From NCBI GenBank assembly GCA_021829835.1, contig JAKBPE010000002.1, positions 21,498 through 85,497 on the forward strand: 64,000 bases of DNA, written 5' to 3'. Every line of letters starts with the position of its first letter. Position 1 is the stretch's first letter. This DNA is from a bacterium. GTDB taxonomy: Archaea; Micrarchaeota; Micrarchaeia; Micrarchaeales; CABMGC01. A model generated the notes under the pieces. The model did no database searches. It had not been told where the DNA came from and saw nothing but the letters and a program-made list of their open reading frames with translations. The position numbers and the translations under genes are program-made. Shown in pieces: positions 1 through 9,053 of this stretch.

Positions 1-91
1 TTTCATCCTTTCTGTTTATCGTTTCAAGGACTCTAGCTCCAACTAGATCTATTCGCTCCGCTGAACCTCCAAATAATCTACTTCTGTTCAT
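1..91 (-). CDS. N-terminal 30 codons of an unidentified gene that runs off the window
   Basis: ATG at complement 89-91 opens the frame MNRSRLFGGSAERIDLVGARVLETINRKDE, which continues to the window edge. It is too short for a family call. Confidence 0.25.
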   Translation of the reverse strand, partial: MNRSRLFGGSAERIDLVGARVLETINRKDE

Positions 92-247
92 GCAATAAAT
101 ATAACATTTCAGTTATTTAAACATTTACTTAGCACATCCAATAACAATGCCTTAGAATACCTTATCCAGTCTAATCTATCTGACAAAATACTTTTCTTTA
201 GTGCTTTATTTCCGGAAAGGCAAAAACATTGCAGAATACTTTCAGGC

Positions 248-976
248 TTACAAATGATTCATCTTGAGTCTTACAATTAAAAGTGCAATAATCATGTATG
301 CTAAAAATTCAGCCACAAAAATATATCCTGAAAGGTACATCATTTTCGAAAAGCCAAAAACCCCCTGCAGAAAAACAGCAGCTGAGCCTGAAGGCAGCAG
401 TAGAAATAGCCACAGCATGGGTTTAGGCAATTCTGTATAGGGATAATATACAGGGGGGAAGAGGGTAAGCACAAGCGTCAGTATTCCTGTAAAGCTCCAT
501 ATAGACCTCGTATGGCTTGGTAAAAAGGATATTCCAAAAGAGAAAAATGCTATTGCAAAATAAAGCATAAGCATCATCAAAACCGTTAGAACTGCAAGAT
601 ATACTGTGAATATGTGGTACGCATATCCTATAACCATGAAAAGGATAATGCTCGGCATTGCAAAAAACAGTTCAGCGAGTACAAATCCCATTACATATTC
701 AACAGGAGCAAGCGGAGTCGCTATAAAAAGATCATAAAATTTATGTTGTATTCTCAACTGTGCAGAATCATTCAATGTGTTTATTCCATTGGTTACAAAA
801 ACAGATATCAATCCTCCGAGAATTGCTAAAGGGATGAGTTTGCCTGAAGATATAATTCCAAATATAAAGAGAAGCGATATGGGAATCAGCAGCGAATAAA
901 CTATATACGGCGCGAATCTTTTTGTCGTTCTGAAGCCATATATCTTTCCAAAAGTATATACAAACTTCAAGTTCAT
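248..976 (-). CDS. ABC-2 type transporter permease
   Basis: 242-aa polytopic membrane protein with about 6 hydrophobic helices. It overlaps the upstream ABC ATPase gene by 4 nt, which is typical ABC-2 exporter operon architecture. Confidence 0.75.
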   Translation of the reverse strand: MNLKFVYTFGKIYGFRTTKRFAPYIVYSLLIPISLLFIFGIISSGKLIPLAILGGLISVFVTNGINTLNDSAQLRIQHKFYDLFIATPLAPVEYVMGFVLAELFFAMPSIILFMVIGYAYHIFTVYLAVLTVLMMLMLYFAIAFFSFGISFLPSHTRSIWSFTGILTLVLTLFPPVYYPYTELPKPMLWLFLLLPSGSAAVFLQGVFGFSKMMYLSGYIFVAEFLAYMIIALLIVRLKMNHL

Positions 977-1809
977 TTAATACCGCCCATTATGAAAAGA
1001 TCTTCTATATCAAGATTCTTTATCTCAAAACCCTTCTTTGCGTATTTTATTGCAGTCTTTTCACCCACATAGGATATTGTAATACCTCCTACCTTATACT
1101 GGCGCTTTCCAACTCCTGCCCCATCGATTCGCATGATATCCTTGGTTTTTTCAAGAAGCATTTCAGGGCTTCCTTTCATCATTACCTTGCCCTTGTCTAT
1201 CAGGATTATCTCCTCTCCGAGAGCCTTTGCCTCTTCCATATAATGTGTGGTAAGTATTACATTTCCATTAAGCCTTTTTATTGCAGACCATACCTCCATT
1301 CTTGATATAGGGTCAAGACCTACTGTAGGCTCATCAAGAAACGTCAATCCCGAATCAGAAGCAAGTGCCATCGCTACAAATATTTTGCGTTTCATACCTC
1401 CCGAAAGCTGGTCGGCGCTTTTATTTCTGGACTCGTATAATCCCAGAACCTTCAGTGCCTTCTCTGTCTTTTCAGATATCTCCTCTTTCTTAAAGCCTCT
1501 GGCAGAAAGATATATCTCAAGGTGCTCCTCAGGAGTAAGATATCCCAGCACTTCAGCTTCCTGTGGTATGCTTACTATATTTCTGCGTATATCCTTCTTT
1601 TCCTTCGAGGCATCATGCTCCAGTATCATAATCTTTCCCGAAGTGGGCTGCAACTGTGTAGAGAGTATTCTCATAAGGGTAGTCTTGCCTGCGCCGTTTC
1701 TGCCTATTATAACTGTTATCTTCTTCTCTATTGATATATCTACAGAATCCAGCGCAAGGTGCCCATCCTTATATTTCTTTACAAGTTTTTCTGTCTTAAC
1801 TATCTGCAT
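973..1809 (-). CDS. ABC transporter ATP-binding protein
   Basis: Walker A GRNGAGKTT, ABC signature LSGGMKRK and Walker B LTFLDEPT are present, and the gene is coupled to the downstream permease. Confidence 0.9.
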   Translation of the reverse strand: MQIVKTEKLVKKYKDGHLALDSVDISIEKKITVIIGRNGAGKTTLMRILSTQLQPTSGKIMILEHDASKEKKDIRRNIVSIPQEAEVLGYLTPEEHLEIYLSARGFKKEEISEKTEKALKVLGLYESRNKSADQLSGGMKRKIFVAMALASDSGLTFLDEPTVGLDPISRMEVWSAIKRLNGNVILTTHYMEEAKALGEEIILIDKGKVMMKGSPEMLLEKTKDIMRIDGAGVGKRQYKVGGITISYVGEKTAIKYAKKGFEIKNLDIEDLFIMGGIK

Positions 1810-2002
1810 GGAGCCACTATCATGGAATCAGTTTTTCAATATTCTTTTTATGTAATAAAGGCACAACGCCGAATAATACCTGCAATGTTCAAACTTTTAA
1901 CGCTATAAATCTGTATTGATTTCTACTAATCATTTGAAAAACATATATAAACTATGCCATAAAACTATACTATATTGGCAAAACCGGAATAATTGTGATA
2001 TC

Positions 2003-3148
2003 ATGGCAATAGCATTTGAAAAAATACCAGACGAATTTATAAGTAAAGCACCCATCATTGACTATAAGACCCCGTTGGCTTCAATACTGGGAAAGCTCAA
2101 CTCTGAGCGGGTAGTCATACTCACGAAAAATGGCGAATACTACGGTATAATAAGCAACAGCATCTACCTTCTGAACGGTGCAAGCCAAGGCATAAACAAG
2201 AAAGAGGCATCATACAAGCATGCTGTAAAGGTAAGTCCTCTAGACAAGGAGACCTCTGTTGCAAATGCCATAAAGCATTTTAGCACTTACGACGTAGAAG
2301 CCATACCCTATATAGAATCGAACAAGATTCTGGGCGTTGTAAGGCTGGAGTCTATCTTGAAATCCATCTTATCAATGAAAATGTTATCGGGTTACAAAGT
2401 GGCAGAGATAATGTCATCCCCAATAATAACAATCGATTCTGGCACATCCGCAGCAGAAGCACTGTCTCTGATGCGCAAGAAAAAGATAGGGCGCGTTGCC
2501 CTGCAGGAATCCGGAAAGCTGACGGGCATGCTATCGCATGAAGAATTGCTCAAATACTCAACAGGCCTGAGACAGAGAGCTGATGTAAAAATGGGAAAGG
2601 AAAACAAGCTTCTTCCAGGAAAAGCTGTTGACATAGCATCCGAAATAGATTTTATTGGGTATAATGAAAGCGTAGATAAGGCAATAAGGTCATTTGTCAC
2701 AAAAGATTCACACACTATGATAATAACAAGAAGCGGCAAGCCTGTGGGAATCCTAACTCCTAAGGATGTTCTATCAGCAGCTGCAGCTGATAACTTTGAA
2801 TCTGAAGAGAACATAACCATATCCGGGATAGACAAGAGCACAAAGCAGTACGAGGAAGATATCAAGTCAGAGGCAGAGAAGACTCTCGGGAAGGTGAACA
2901 GATTCACCAAATTCAAAGTACTTAATCTATCACTTCATGTAAAAAAACACAAAGTGAGGAATTATGAAATACAGGTAAGATTATGGCTTGACAAAAGAGG
3001 AGCTCTCTCAGCTTATGCCACAGGATACTCTATAGAGGAAACTGTAAAAGAGGCTCTTGAGCGACTTTATTCCGAAGTTAAAAACAAAAAAGAAATAGTA
3101 TCCATGAGCAAAAAGGGGCTGGAGAGCCAATACTCTGAAGAGGAATAG
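2003..3148 (+). CDS. CBS-domain protein with a C-terminal HPF/S30AE-like (ribosome hibernation factor fold) domain
   Basis: Repeated CBS-like segments (IIDYKT...VVILTKNGEYYGIIS; VAEIMSSPIITID...GRVALQESGKLTGMLSHEELL; PVGILTPKDVL). The C-terminal roughly 95 aa (NITISGID...HVKKHKVRNYEIQVRLWLDKRGALSAYATGYSIEETVKEALERLYSEVKNKKE) follow the beta-alpha-beta-beta-beta-alpha pattern of HPF/YfiA. The ATG at 2003 is preferred over the track start at 1916. Confidence 0.7.
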   Translation: MAIAFEKIPDEFISKAPIIDYKTPLASILGKLNSERVVILTKNGEYYGIISNSIYLLNGASQGINKKEASYKHAVKVSPLDKETSVANAIKHFSTYDVEAIPYIESNKILGVVRLESILKSILSMKMLSGYKVAEIMSSPIITIDSGTSAAEALSLMRKKKIGRVALQESGKLTGMLSHEELLKYSTGLRQRADVKMGKENKLLPGKAVDIASEIDFIGYNESVDKAIRSFVTKDSHTMIITRSGKPVGILTPKDVLSAAAADNFESEENITISGIDKSTKQYEEDIKSEAEKTLGKVNRFTKFKVLNLSLHVKKHKVRNYEIQVRLWLDKRGALSAYATGYSIEETVKEALERLYSEVKNKKEIVSMSKKGLESQYSEEE

Positions 3149-3154
3149 GCAGGT

Positions 3155-3622
3155 GTGAGGATAATGGCAAAATCACAGTCAAGTTTTGAATTGCTTATAA
3201 CTATGACCTTCGGCCTTGCCATACTGCTTCCGGTAGTTGTGATAGCATTTCTTCAGCTGTCCAACTCGAACACCTCACTTTCGTCTGCTGAAGCACAGGC
3301 AGCATCAAGCAAACTTACAAATGTGGCAATACTTGTAGGAACAGAAGGGCCCCCCGCAAAGCAGCTTGTACAGATAAACATGCCACCTGGCGTGCAGTAC
3401 ATCTATGTGGGAACTGATAAAAATTTAGTAGGGCATGAGATAACCTTCGTTATAAGGTCCCCGAGCGGGCCTAGCTATATAACCTCATACAGTCCTGTCA
3501 ATGTATCCGGAGATCTCGGCGGAGAAGTAAATCCTGGCACGTATTTATTCAATGTAAGCGCAGAAGCAAGCTGCCCGACACAGCCAGAGCTTCCCTGTGT
3601 ATACATCTCTCCGGTAATATAA
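3155..3622 (+). CDS. Archaeal type IV pilin-like protein (class III signal peptide)
   Basis: The N-terminus MRIMAKSQSSFELLITMTFGLAILLPVVVIAF has a basic residue, a small residue, Q at +1, E at +5 and then a hydrophobic helix. The body is small and secreted, and the gene sits immediately upstream of a second protein of the same class. Confidence 0.6.
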   Translation: MRIMAKSQSSFELLITMTFGLAILLPVVVIAFLQLSNSNTSLSSAEAQAASSKLTNVAILVGTEGPPAKQLVQINMPPGVQYIYVGTDKNLVGHEITFVIRSPSGPSYITSYSPVNVSGDLGGEVNPGTYLFNVSAEASCPTQPELPCVYISPVI

Positions 3623-3655
3623 ATTATTTAAATAATTTTTCTTCACAATGGTTTA

Positions 3656-6600
3656 ATGATGCGAAAGCTGCAGATAGCAATGGAATTCATGCTGGTATTC
3701 CTATTTGTAACTACAATATTCATCTTTTTTTTCTCATTAATCTCTTCAAGGGCATCATCGCTCTTCGGCCAGAACGCATATACCCAAACCCAGCAGCTGG
3801 CCCAGCAGATAGCGCATAGTATCAATACTGCATATAACGGGGGCAATGGCTATGTCTCCAACACAATTCTGGAATCAGGGTTTGGCATTAATAATTTCAA
3901 TATATCCATACTAAGGAACGGTGAGGTAATAGTCACTGCAAACCAGATATACCAAAAGATACGTTCGATTTCCTTTTCACAGTCAAGAAATCTGTATATG
4001 GCCAATACCCTACCTTCAAATTACATAACCACTCAGAATTTCTTCGGTTTGATCTGCGTCGACATATCCTGTCCTGAAACCGGAAACTATCCAAGTTCGA
4101 TAACTCTTTCAACTGAGAGCACAAGCGTCGCAAAATTCAACGGTGTAAACAGCCGCATTGTCGCAGGCAGCACAAATCTTCCTGTCGGCTCTTCTCCAAG
4201 ATCTCTCTTTTCATGGATATATCTGACTGGTAACGGTATAGGTTCTTCTTCCTATGGTTCTGTAATACAGGAATACGGATATCCATTTTCAACATCTGGT
4301 CTATCTGAATTATATGTATATCACGGCACCCTCGGTTTTTCAGCCGGAGGAGAGAGCTTCATAAGCAGCCTTGCTGTGCCTATTGGAAAATGGAGCTTTG
4401 TCGGTTATGCTTATCAATCGGGAAGTACAAGCATCACTCTTTATCTTAATGGAAACAGCCAGACCGGAAGCCTGAGCGGAGGAGCCGCTCTCTCCACTCC
4501 CACAGGCACAAGTTCGGAAATAGGCGCTGAAGGAAACACAATAAACAGTGGATACTTCAACGGATCCATAGCAAATATACAGCTATATAACACCTTCCTG
4601 AGTTCAAATCAGGAACTCCAGCTATTCAACCAGGGCATTATGGGTTCCGGAGTTTCAACGCAAAACATGGTGGGCTGGTGGAAGCTTGCGGGAAATGCAG
4701 AAGATTATAGCGGAAACAACAATACTGGAACTATCTACGGCCAGCTAATCTTCCCTACCGTATCGGAATCAACTGTCAAGGTTCTGGGACAGTACGGCAA
4801 TCCAATCGCAAACAGCATAACCGGCTTTTCATCAACCTTAGGAAGTATAAATAATATCTCCTTTTCCTCGAATTATACCAACGTGAATGGTATAGCATAC
4901 GAAATCTTCAATCAGAACCTTACAAACGGGCCAAACACAATAAATGTCACCACCTATCCTGGAAACGCAAAAGAAGAGAAGAATCTTACTGGCTGGTGGC
5001 CTCTGGTTAATGGAATGGTCAAAACAACTGTTATCAAAACCAGTTACTTTTCAAATGCAATACAAAGTGCAAACTCAGAAAATCCAGGAGTTGTGCTTCC
5101 TCCTAACATAGAGTACTATGTTCCCATAACCATAACCAATTATCCTTTAAGCGAAGTCAAGCCCAATTCACAGATAGCAGTGACTATAAATGCACTCAAC
5201 TACCAGAATTATTATACGTGCAATCTCAACAATGCGGAATTCTTCTATGCTAACACTGGAAAAGTGGTTCCAAGCTGGCTTGAAGGCAATTATACAAATG
5301 AAACGAATGCAAATGCCATGTGTACATCTGCTTCATCCCGAGGCGCGCTTGTAAACTCAGGAACAATACTATACTGGATAAACATAGGAAACAGCGCCGC
5401 AACGGGCAATCTTGGAAACATATATCTGGGATGGGCAGGAAATGCTCTCTCCCCATCAAATAACCTTATGAACGGTGTCACCACCGGAGAAGCGCCAGAG
5501 CTAACGTGTCCAAATCCCGCAGTCACTGCCAACTGTCCAACCTATGCGGAATATGACAACGGAAAAAACATCTTCAATTTTTACAGCAACTTTGCAGGAA
5601 CAACACTCCCTTCAGATTGGAAGGATGTAAACGGTGTAGGATATGTGGTTGACAACGGAATACAGATCACAAGCCTTTCTAATTCATATTCCTCAATAAA
5701 TGCAACAGAACCTGTTTTTACGCAGGGAACTGTAATGGATGCCCTGACTAAATTTTCGCCTTCGTGGGATGCTAATTATGAATTCGGAGGGATAGGAACC
5801 GGCGGAATGGCCTCTGCAAACGTGCTTATGATTTATGGAAACGACCAAGGAACTGGATCACTTTCTCCCGAGTTCTACACAGGAGTCAGCGGCGGCGATC
5901 TTATAATAACTAATTATCTCTACCCTCCAACTGCAAATGCACCGCAACTTCTTACAATGGTATACAATGCAAGTGTTCCTTTCGCCGGTCCTTATGATAC
6001 CTGGGTAATGGAGAATTATACTGATCCGTTCAGTTACACATATATTTACCCTACAGGCTTCCCGCTCTTCCCTGCTGTGGTCGGAACTTATTATGGGGCA
6101 CAACCTCCAACTGACCAAAATACCACATGGGTAAGGATCAGAAATAATCCGCCAGGAGGCGTTATGCCTACCGTGCAGGTTGGTGGCGTAAACTATCTAT
6201 TATCTACAAACACTATATTATACGATCTCAGCAACAATGCCAACAACGGTTTTGGCAGAAATGTTACCTTTCCATACTCTCTAGCTGAAATGAATGGTGT
6301 CGGATTCGCTCCATCAAGTTTTAGTGGAAATACAGAAGAAATCAATATCACAATCTCCTCTTCTTCATCTTCGTTATACATGAATCCGGGAAGCACGGGA
6401 ATGAGTATATTCTTATGGTTTATGCCTAACGAATCCGAATCCGCATTAACCTCCAATTCTGCAACATTAATAGGCACAAACGGAGCTTCCTGCGGATACA
6501 GGCTCTGGTTTTCAGGAGCCAATTCCCTAGAAGCTTCAGACAACTGCGGAGATGGCGTTTCATTCCAGCATGTTTTCAACAGTGGCGCATGGTACAATCT

Positions 6601-6865
6601 CGTGGTAACTGTCAATAATACCTATTATGAACGATACTACATAGATGGCATATACGCAGGAGGAGGCCAATCTACAAAATGGATAAGTTCCAACACCTGG
6701 AACAAATTATGCATAGCTTCCGATTGCGGCTCTGCATACTTTAAGGGATCTATATTCAATCTGCAGTTGTACAACACTACCCTAAATACCACTGACATAT
6801 ACCAGCTCTATACCGCAGGATTCAAACTCGAAAACAGCACCACATCATTTACACTGCAGAATTGA
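3656..6865 (+). CDS. Large pilin-like surface protein or adhesin with two LamG-like domains and a DUF2341-like domain
   Basis: N-terminus MMRKLQIAMEFMLVFLFVTTIFIFFF carries the QxAxEF pilin-type motif plus a hydrophobic helix. There are two LamG-type end motifs: FNGSIANIQLYNTFLSSNQELQLFNQG and FKGSIFNLQLYNTTLNTTDIYQLYTAG. The segment YYVPITITNY...NAEFFYANTGKVVPSWLEG is DUF2341-like. Many N-x-S/T sequons. Confidence 0.7.
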   Translation: MMRKLQIAMEFMLVFLFVTTIFIFFFSLISSRASSLFGQNAYTQTQQLAQQIAHSINTAYNGGNGYVSNTILESGFGINNFNISILRNGEVIVTANQIYQKIRSISFSQSRNLYMANTLPSNYITTQNFFGLICVDISCPETGNYPSSITLSTESTSVAKFNGVNSRIVAGSTNLPVGSSPRSLFSWIYLTGNGIGSSSYGSVIQEYGYPFSTSGLSELYVYHGTLGFSAGGESFISSLAVPIGKWSFVGYAYQSGSTSITLYLNGNSQTGSLSGGAALSTPTGTSSEIGAEGNTINSGYFNGSIANIQLYNTFLSSNQELQLFNQGIMGSGVSTQNMVGWWKLAGNAEDYSGNNNTGTIYGQLIFPTVSESTVKVLGQYGNPIANSITGFSSTLGSINNISFSSNYTNVNGIAYEIFNQNLTNGPNTINVTTYPGNAKEEKNLTGWWPLVNGMVKTTVIKTSYFSNAIQSANSENPGVVLPPNIEYYVPITITNYPLSEVKPNSQIAVTINALNYQNYYTCNLNNAEFFYANTGKVVPSWLEGNYTNETNANAMCTSASSRGALVNSGTILYWINIGNSAATGNLGNIYLGWAGNALSPSNNLMNGVTTGEAPELTCPNPAVTANCPTYAEYDNGKNIFNFYSNFAGTTLPSDWKDVNGVGYVVDNGIQITSLSNSYSSINATEPVFTQGTVMDALTKFSPSWDANYEFGGIGTGGMASANVLMIYGNDQGTGSLSPEFYTGVSGGDLIITNYLYPPTANAPQLLTMVYNASVPFAGPYDTWVMENYTDPFSYTYIYPTGFPLFPAVVGTYYGAQPPTDQNTTWVRIRNNPPGGVMPTVQVGGVNYLLSTNTILYDLSNNANNGFGRNVTFPYSLAEMNGVGFAPSSFSGNTEEINITISSSSSSLYMNPGSTGMSIFLWFMPNESESALTSNSATLIGTNGASCGYRLWFSGANSLEASDNCGDGVSFQHVFNSGAWYNLVVTVNNTYYERYYIDGIYAGGGQSTKWISSNTWNKLCIASDCGSAYFKGSIFNLQLYNTTLNTTDIYQLYTAGFKLENSTTSFTLQN

Positions 6866-6912
6866 TCCTTAATTTATTGAACATGAATACTTCTTGAATT
6901 CAATCTATAGAT

Positions 6913-7959
6913 TCAACGTGAAGGCTGCTGCTGCGTAGCACAATGAATTGCTCCGAATCCTTCCACAAGCCCTCTGCAGTCTATGCCCACTATATTTCTG
7001 CTTGTGAATAATTCTTTAAGTATGTTTATAGCCTTCCCATCACTCTCTACAGCGAATGTTGGCACAAGGACTGATTTGTTTGAAATATAAAAATTCATGT
7101 AACTTGCAGGCAATCTCATTCCATTCTTCTCTATCTTTCCAGGCATTGGCATCTTTATCACATTCAACCTTCTGCCATCCTGGTCTTCAGAATTCTGAAG
7201 AATCTTGAAATTTTTATCAAGAGCTTCATAATTTACATCACTGCTATCTTCTTCATACGCACATAATACCGTATTTCTAGAAACAAATCTGGCTATATCG
7301 TCAACGTGTCCGTCAGTATCGTCTCCTTCAAGTCCTCTGCCCAACCAGATAACGCTAAGCGCACCAAGATAGCTTCTGAGGAAACCCTCTATCTTTCCCT
7401 TGCTTAATTCGGGATTTCTATTTTTATTAAGAAGGCATTGTTCTGTAGTGAGAAATGTGCCAATTCCATTTGTATCTATGGAACCTCCTTCAAGCACTAT
7501 CGGAACCTTGAATCCTTTAAATTCTTTAAGAGGCATCTTCTCAGGAACATGGGTATCATCTGCCATGCCTTCATACTTCATGCCCCATGCATTGAACTTC
7601 CAGTGTGTATAAGCTATGTCTATCCTTCTGATATCACTTCTCTTTATGAATATCGGGCCATAATCCCTTATCCAGACATCTGTTGTAGGTATGATGTGAA
7701 AATCTATGTTTTCTTTTACGCACTCTATAGAACTTAACATCTCTGTAACTCGCGTTTTCTCATTCTCACTATCAACAAGTATCCCGACTCTCTCCCCTTT
7801 AGAAAGTTCTCCAATTATTTTCAGATAAGTTCTTTCTACTTCAGCAAGAACATCTCCTCTAAATGATTCCTGGTTTTTAGGCCAGGAAATCCATGTAGCA
7901 TCATGCCTCTCCCATTCAGCAGGCATTACATATCCCAGTTCAAAAGGCGTTTTGTCCAT
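6913..7959 (-). CDS. aguA: Agmatine deiminase
   Basis: 348 aa with PAEWE near the N-terminus, WIRDYGP, and the C-terminal catalytic-Cys motif GAIHCATQQQP typical of agmatine deiminase (Porphyromonas-type PAD family). Confidence 0.9.
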   Translation of the reverse strand: MDKTPFELGYVMPAEWERHDATWISWPKNQESFRGDVLAEVERTYLKIIGELSKGERVGILVDSENEKTRVTEMLSSIECVKENIDFHIIPTTDVWIRDYGPIFIKRSDIRRIDIAYTHWKFNAWGMKYEGMADDTHVPEKMPLKEFKGFKVPIVLEGGSIDTNGIGTFLTTEQCLLNKNRNPELSKGKIEGFLRSYLGALSVIWLGRGLEGDDTDGHVDDIARFVSRNTVLCAYEEDSSDVNYEALDKNFKILQNSEDQDGRRLNVIKMPMPGKIEKNGMRLPASYMNFYISNKSVLVPTFAVESDGKAINILKELFTSRNIVGIDCRGLVEGFGAIHCATQQQPSR

Positions 7960-7969
7960 TTTTATATCC

Positions 7970-8860
7970 TCAATCCAAGAATCTCTGAGTTATCTCCTTA
8001 TATGAATCTATACGCCTATCCCTGAGAAAAGGCCATCCTCTCCTTGTGCTTTCAACCAATCCCATATCACAATCAGCAATGAGGATCTCCTCACCTTCGT
8101 TGCCTGCATCTGCTATCTTCTCTCCAAAAGGGCCTGAGACAAAAGATGAACCCCAGAAGGCTATGTTGCCTTCTCTTCCCACTCTGTTCACCGCAGCTAC
8201 AAATATTCCGTTAGCTATGCTATGCGATCTCTGTATGGTCTTCCAGGCTGAAAGCTGGATCTCTTTTTTATCTCTGCTGTCATCAGGGGACCATCCTATC
8301 GCAGTAGGATAAAATATTATCTTGGCGCCTTTCAATGCGGTTATCCTTGCAGCCTCAGGAAACCACTGGTCCCAGCATATCAGAACCCCTATATCTCCAT
8401 ACTCTGTTTTGAATGATATAAACTTCTCCCCAGGAGCAAAGTAAAGCTTCTCATGATAGTCTGCAGGGTCTTCGGGGATATGCATCTTCCTGTAAACTCC
8501 AATAATCTTCCCGGACGAATCTATCACTACTGCAGAATTATTGTAGACTCCTTCCGCTCTCTTTTCGAAGATGCCTGCTATTATCACCACTTTGTTGTTC
8601 CTTGCAGCTTCTGAAAGTTTTTTTGTAGTATCTCCAGGTATCTTTTCTGCAAGGCCGAACAATTCTTCATTCTGTTCCTGGCAGAAATATCTACTGCTGA
8701 AAAGTTCAGGAAGGCAGATTATCTTAGCGCCTCTGCCTGCTGCCTTTCCTATCATCTCTACTGCTTTTGCAGTGTTGGCTTCAATGTCATCAGACATAGA
8801 CATCTGGATCAGTCCAATTCTTATGACATTTTTCTCTTCTCCTATTTTTTTATCTGCCAT
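7970..8860 (-). CDS. aguB: N-carbamoylputrescine amidase (nitrilase superfamily)
   Basis: 296 aa with CN-hydrolase motifs (ICLPELF, YRKMHIP, VLICWDQWFPE). It lies directly downstream of aguA in the same orientation. Confidence 0.85.
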   Translation of the reverse strand: MADKKIGEEKNVIRIGLIQMSMSDDIEANTAKAVEMIGKAAGRGAKIICLPELFSSRYFCQEQNEELFGLAEKIPGDTTKKLSEAARNNKVVIIAGIFEKRAEGVYNNSAVVIDSSGKIIGVYRKMHIPEDPADYHEKLYFAPGEKFISFKTEYGDIGVLICWDQWFPEAARITALKGAKIIFYPTAIGWSPDDSRDKKEIQLSAWKTIQRSHSIANGIFVAAVNRVGREGNIAFWGSSFVSGPFGEKIADAGNEGEEILIADCDMGLVESTRRGWPFLRDRRIDSYKEITQRFLD

Positions 8861-9053
8861 TATTACTATCCTCTATTTTATCTACTCGAATAAGAAAATT
8901 ATCTATGTCTTCCATTACCAATGAAGAAACTAACCTTCTTACAGATATCTCTTTTAGACTGACAAGATATAAAAATATAAAACCTTGGCTTATAGGAAGT
9001 ATTATATTTCTGAAAATAGAAGGGTCTAATATCTAATAATATAGGAGAATACC

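Noticed and set aside
1247-1855. Long antisense ORFs inside well-supported genes: 1247-1855, 2392-2916, 9026-9607, 11924-12298, 13872-14672, 14506-14901, 18921-19865, 35429-35764, 37766-38197, 59961-60533.
   Set aside because: Each lies opposite a gene with strong family motifs, has low-complexity or skewed composition, and has no motif of its own. They are shadow ORFs, which are typical on the antisense strand.
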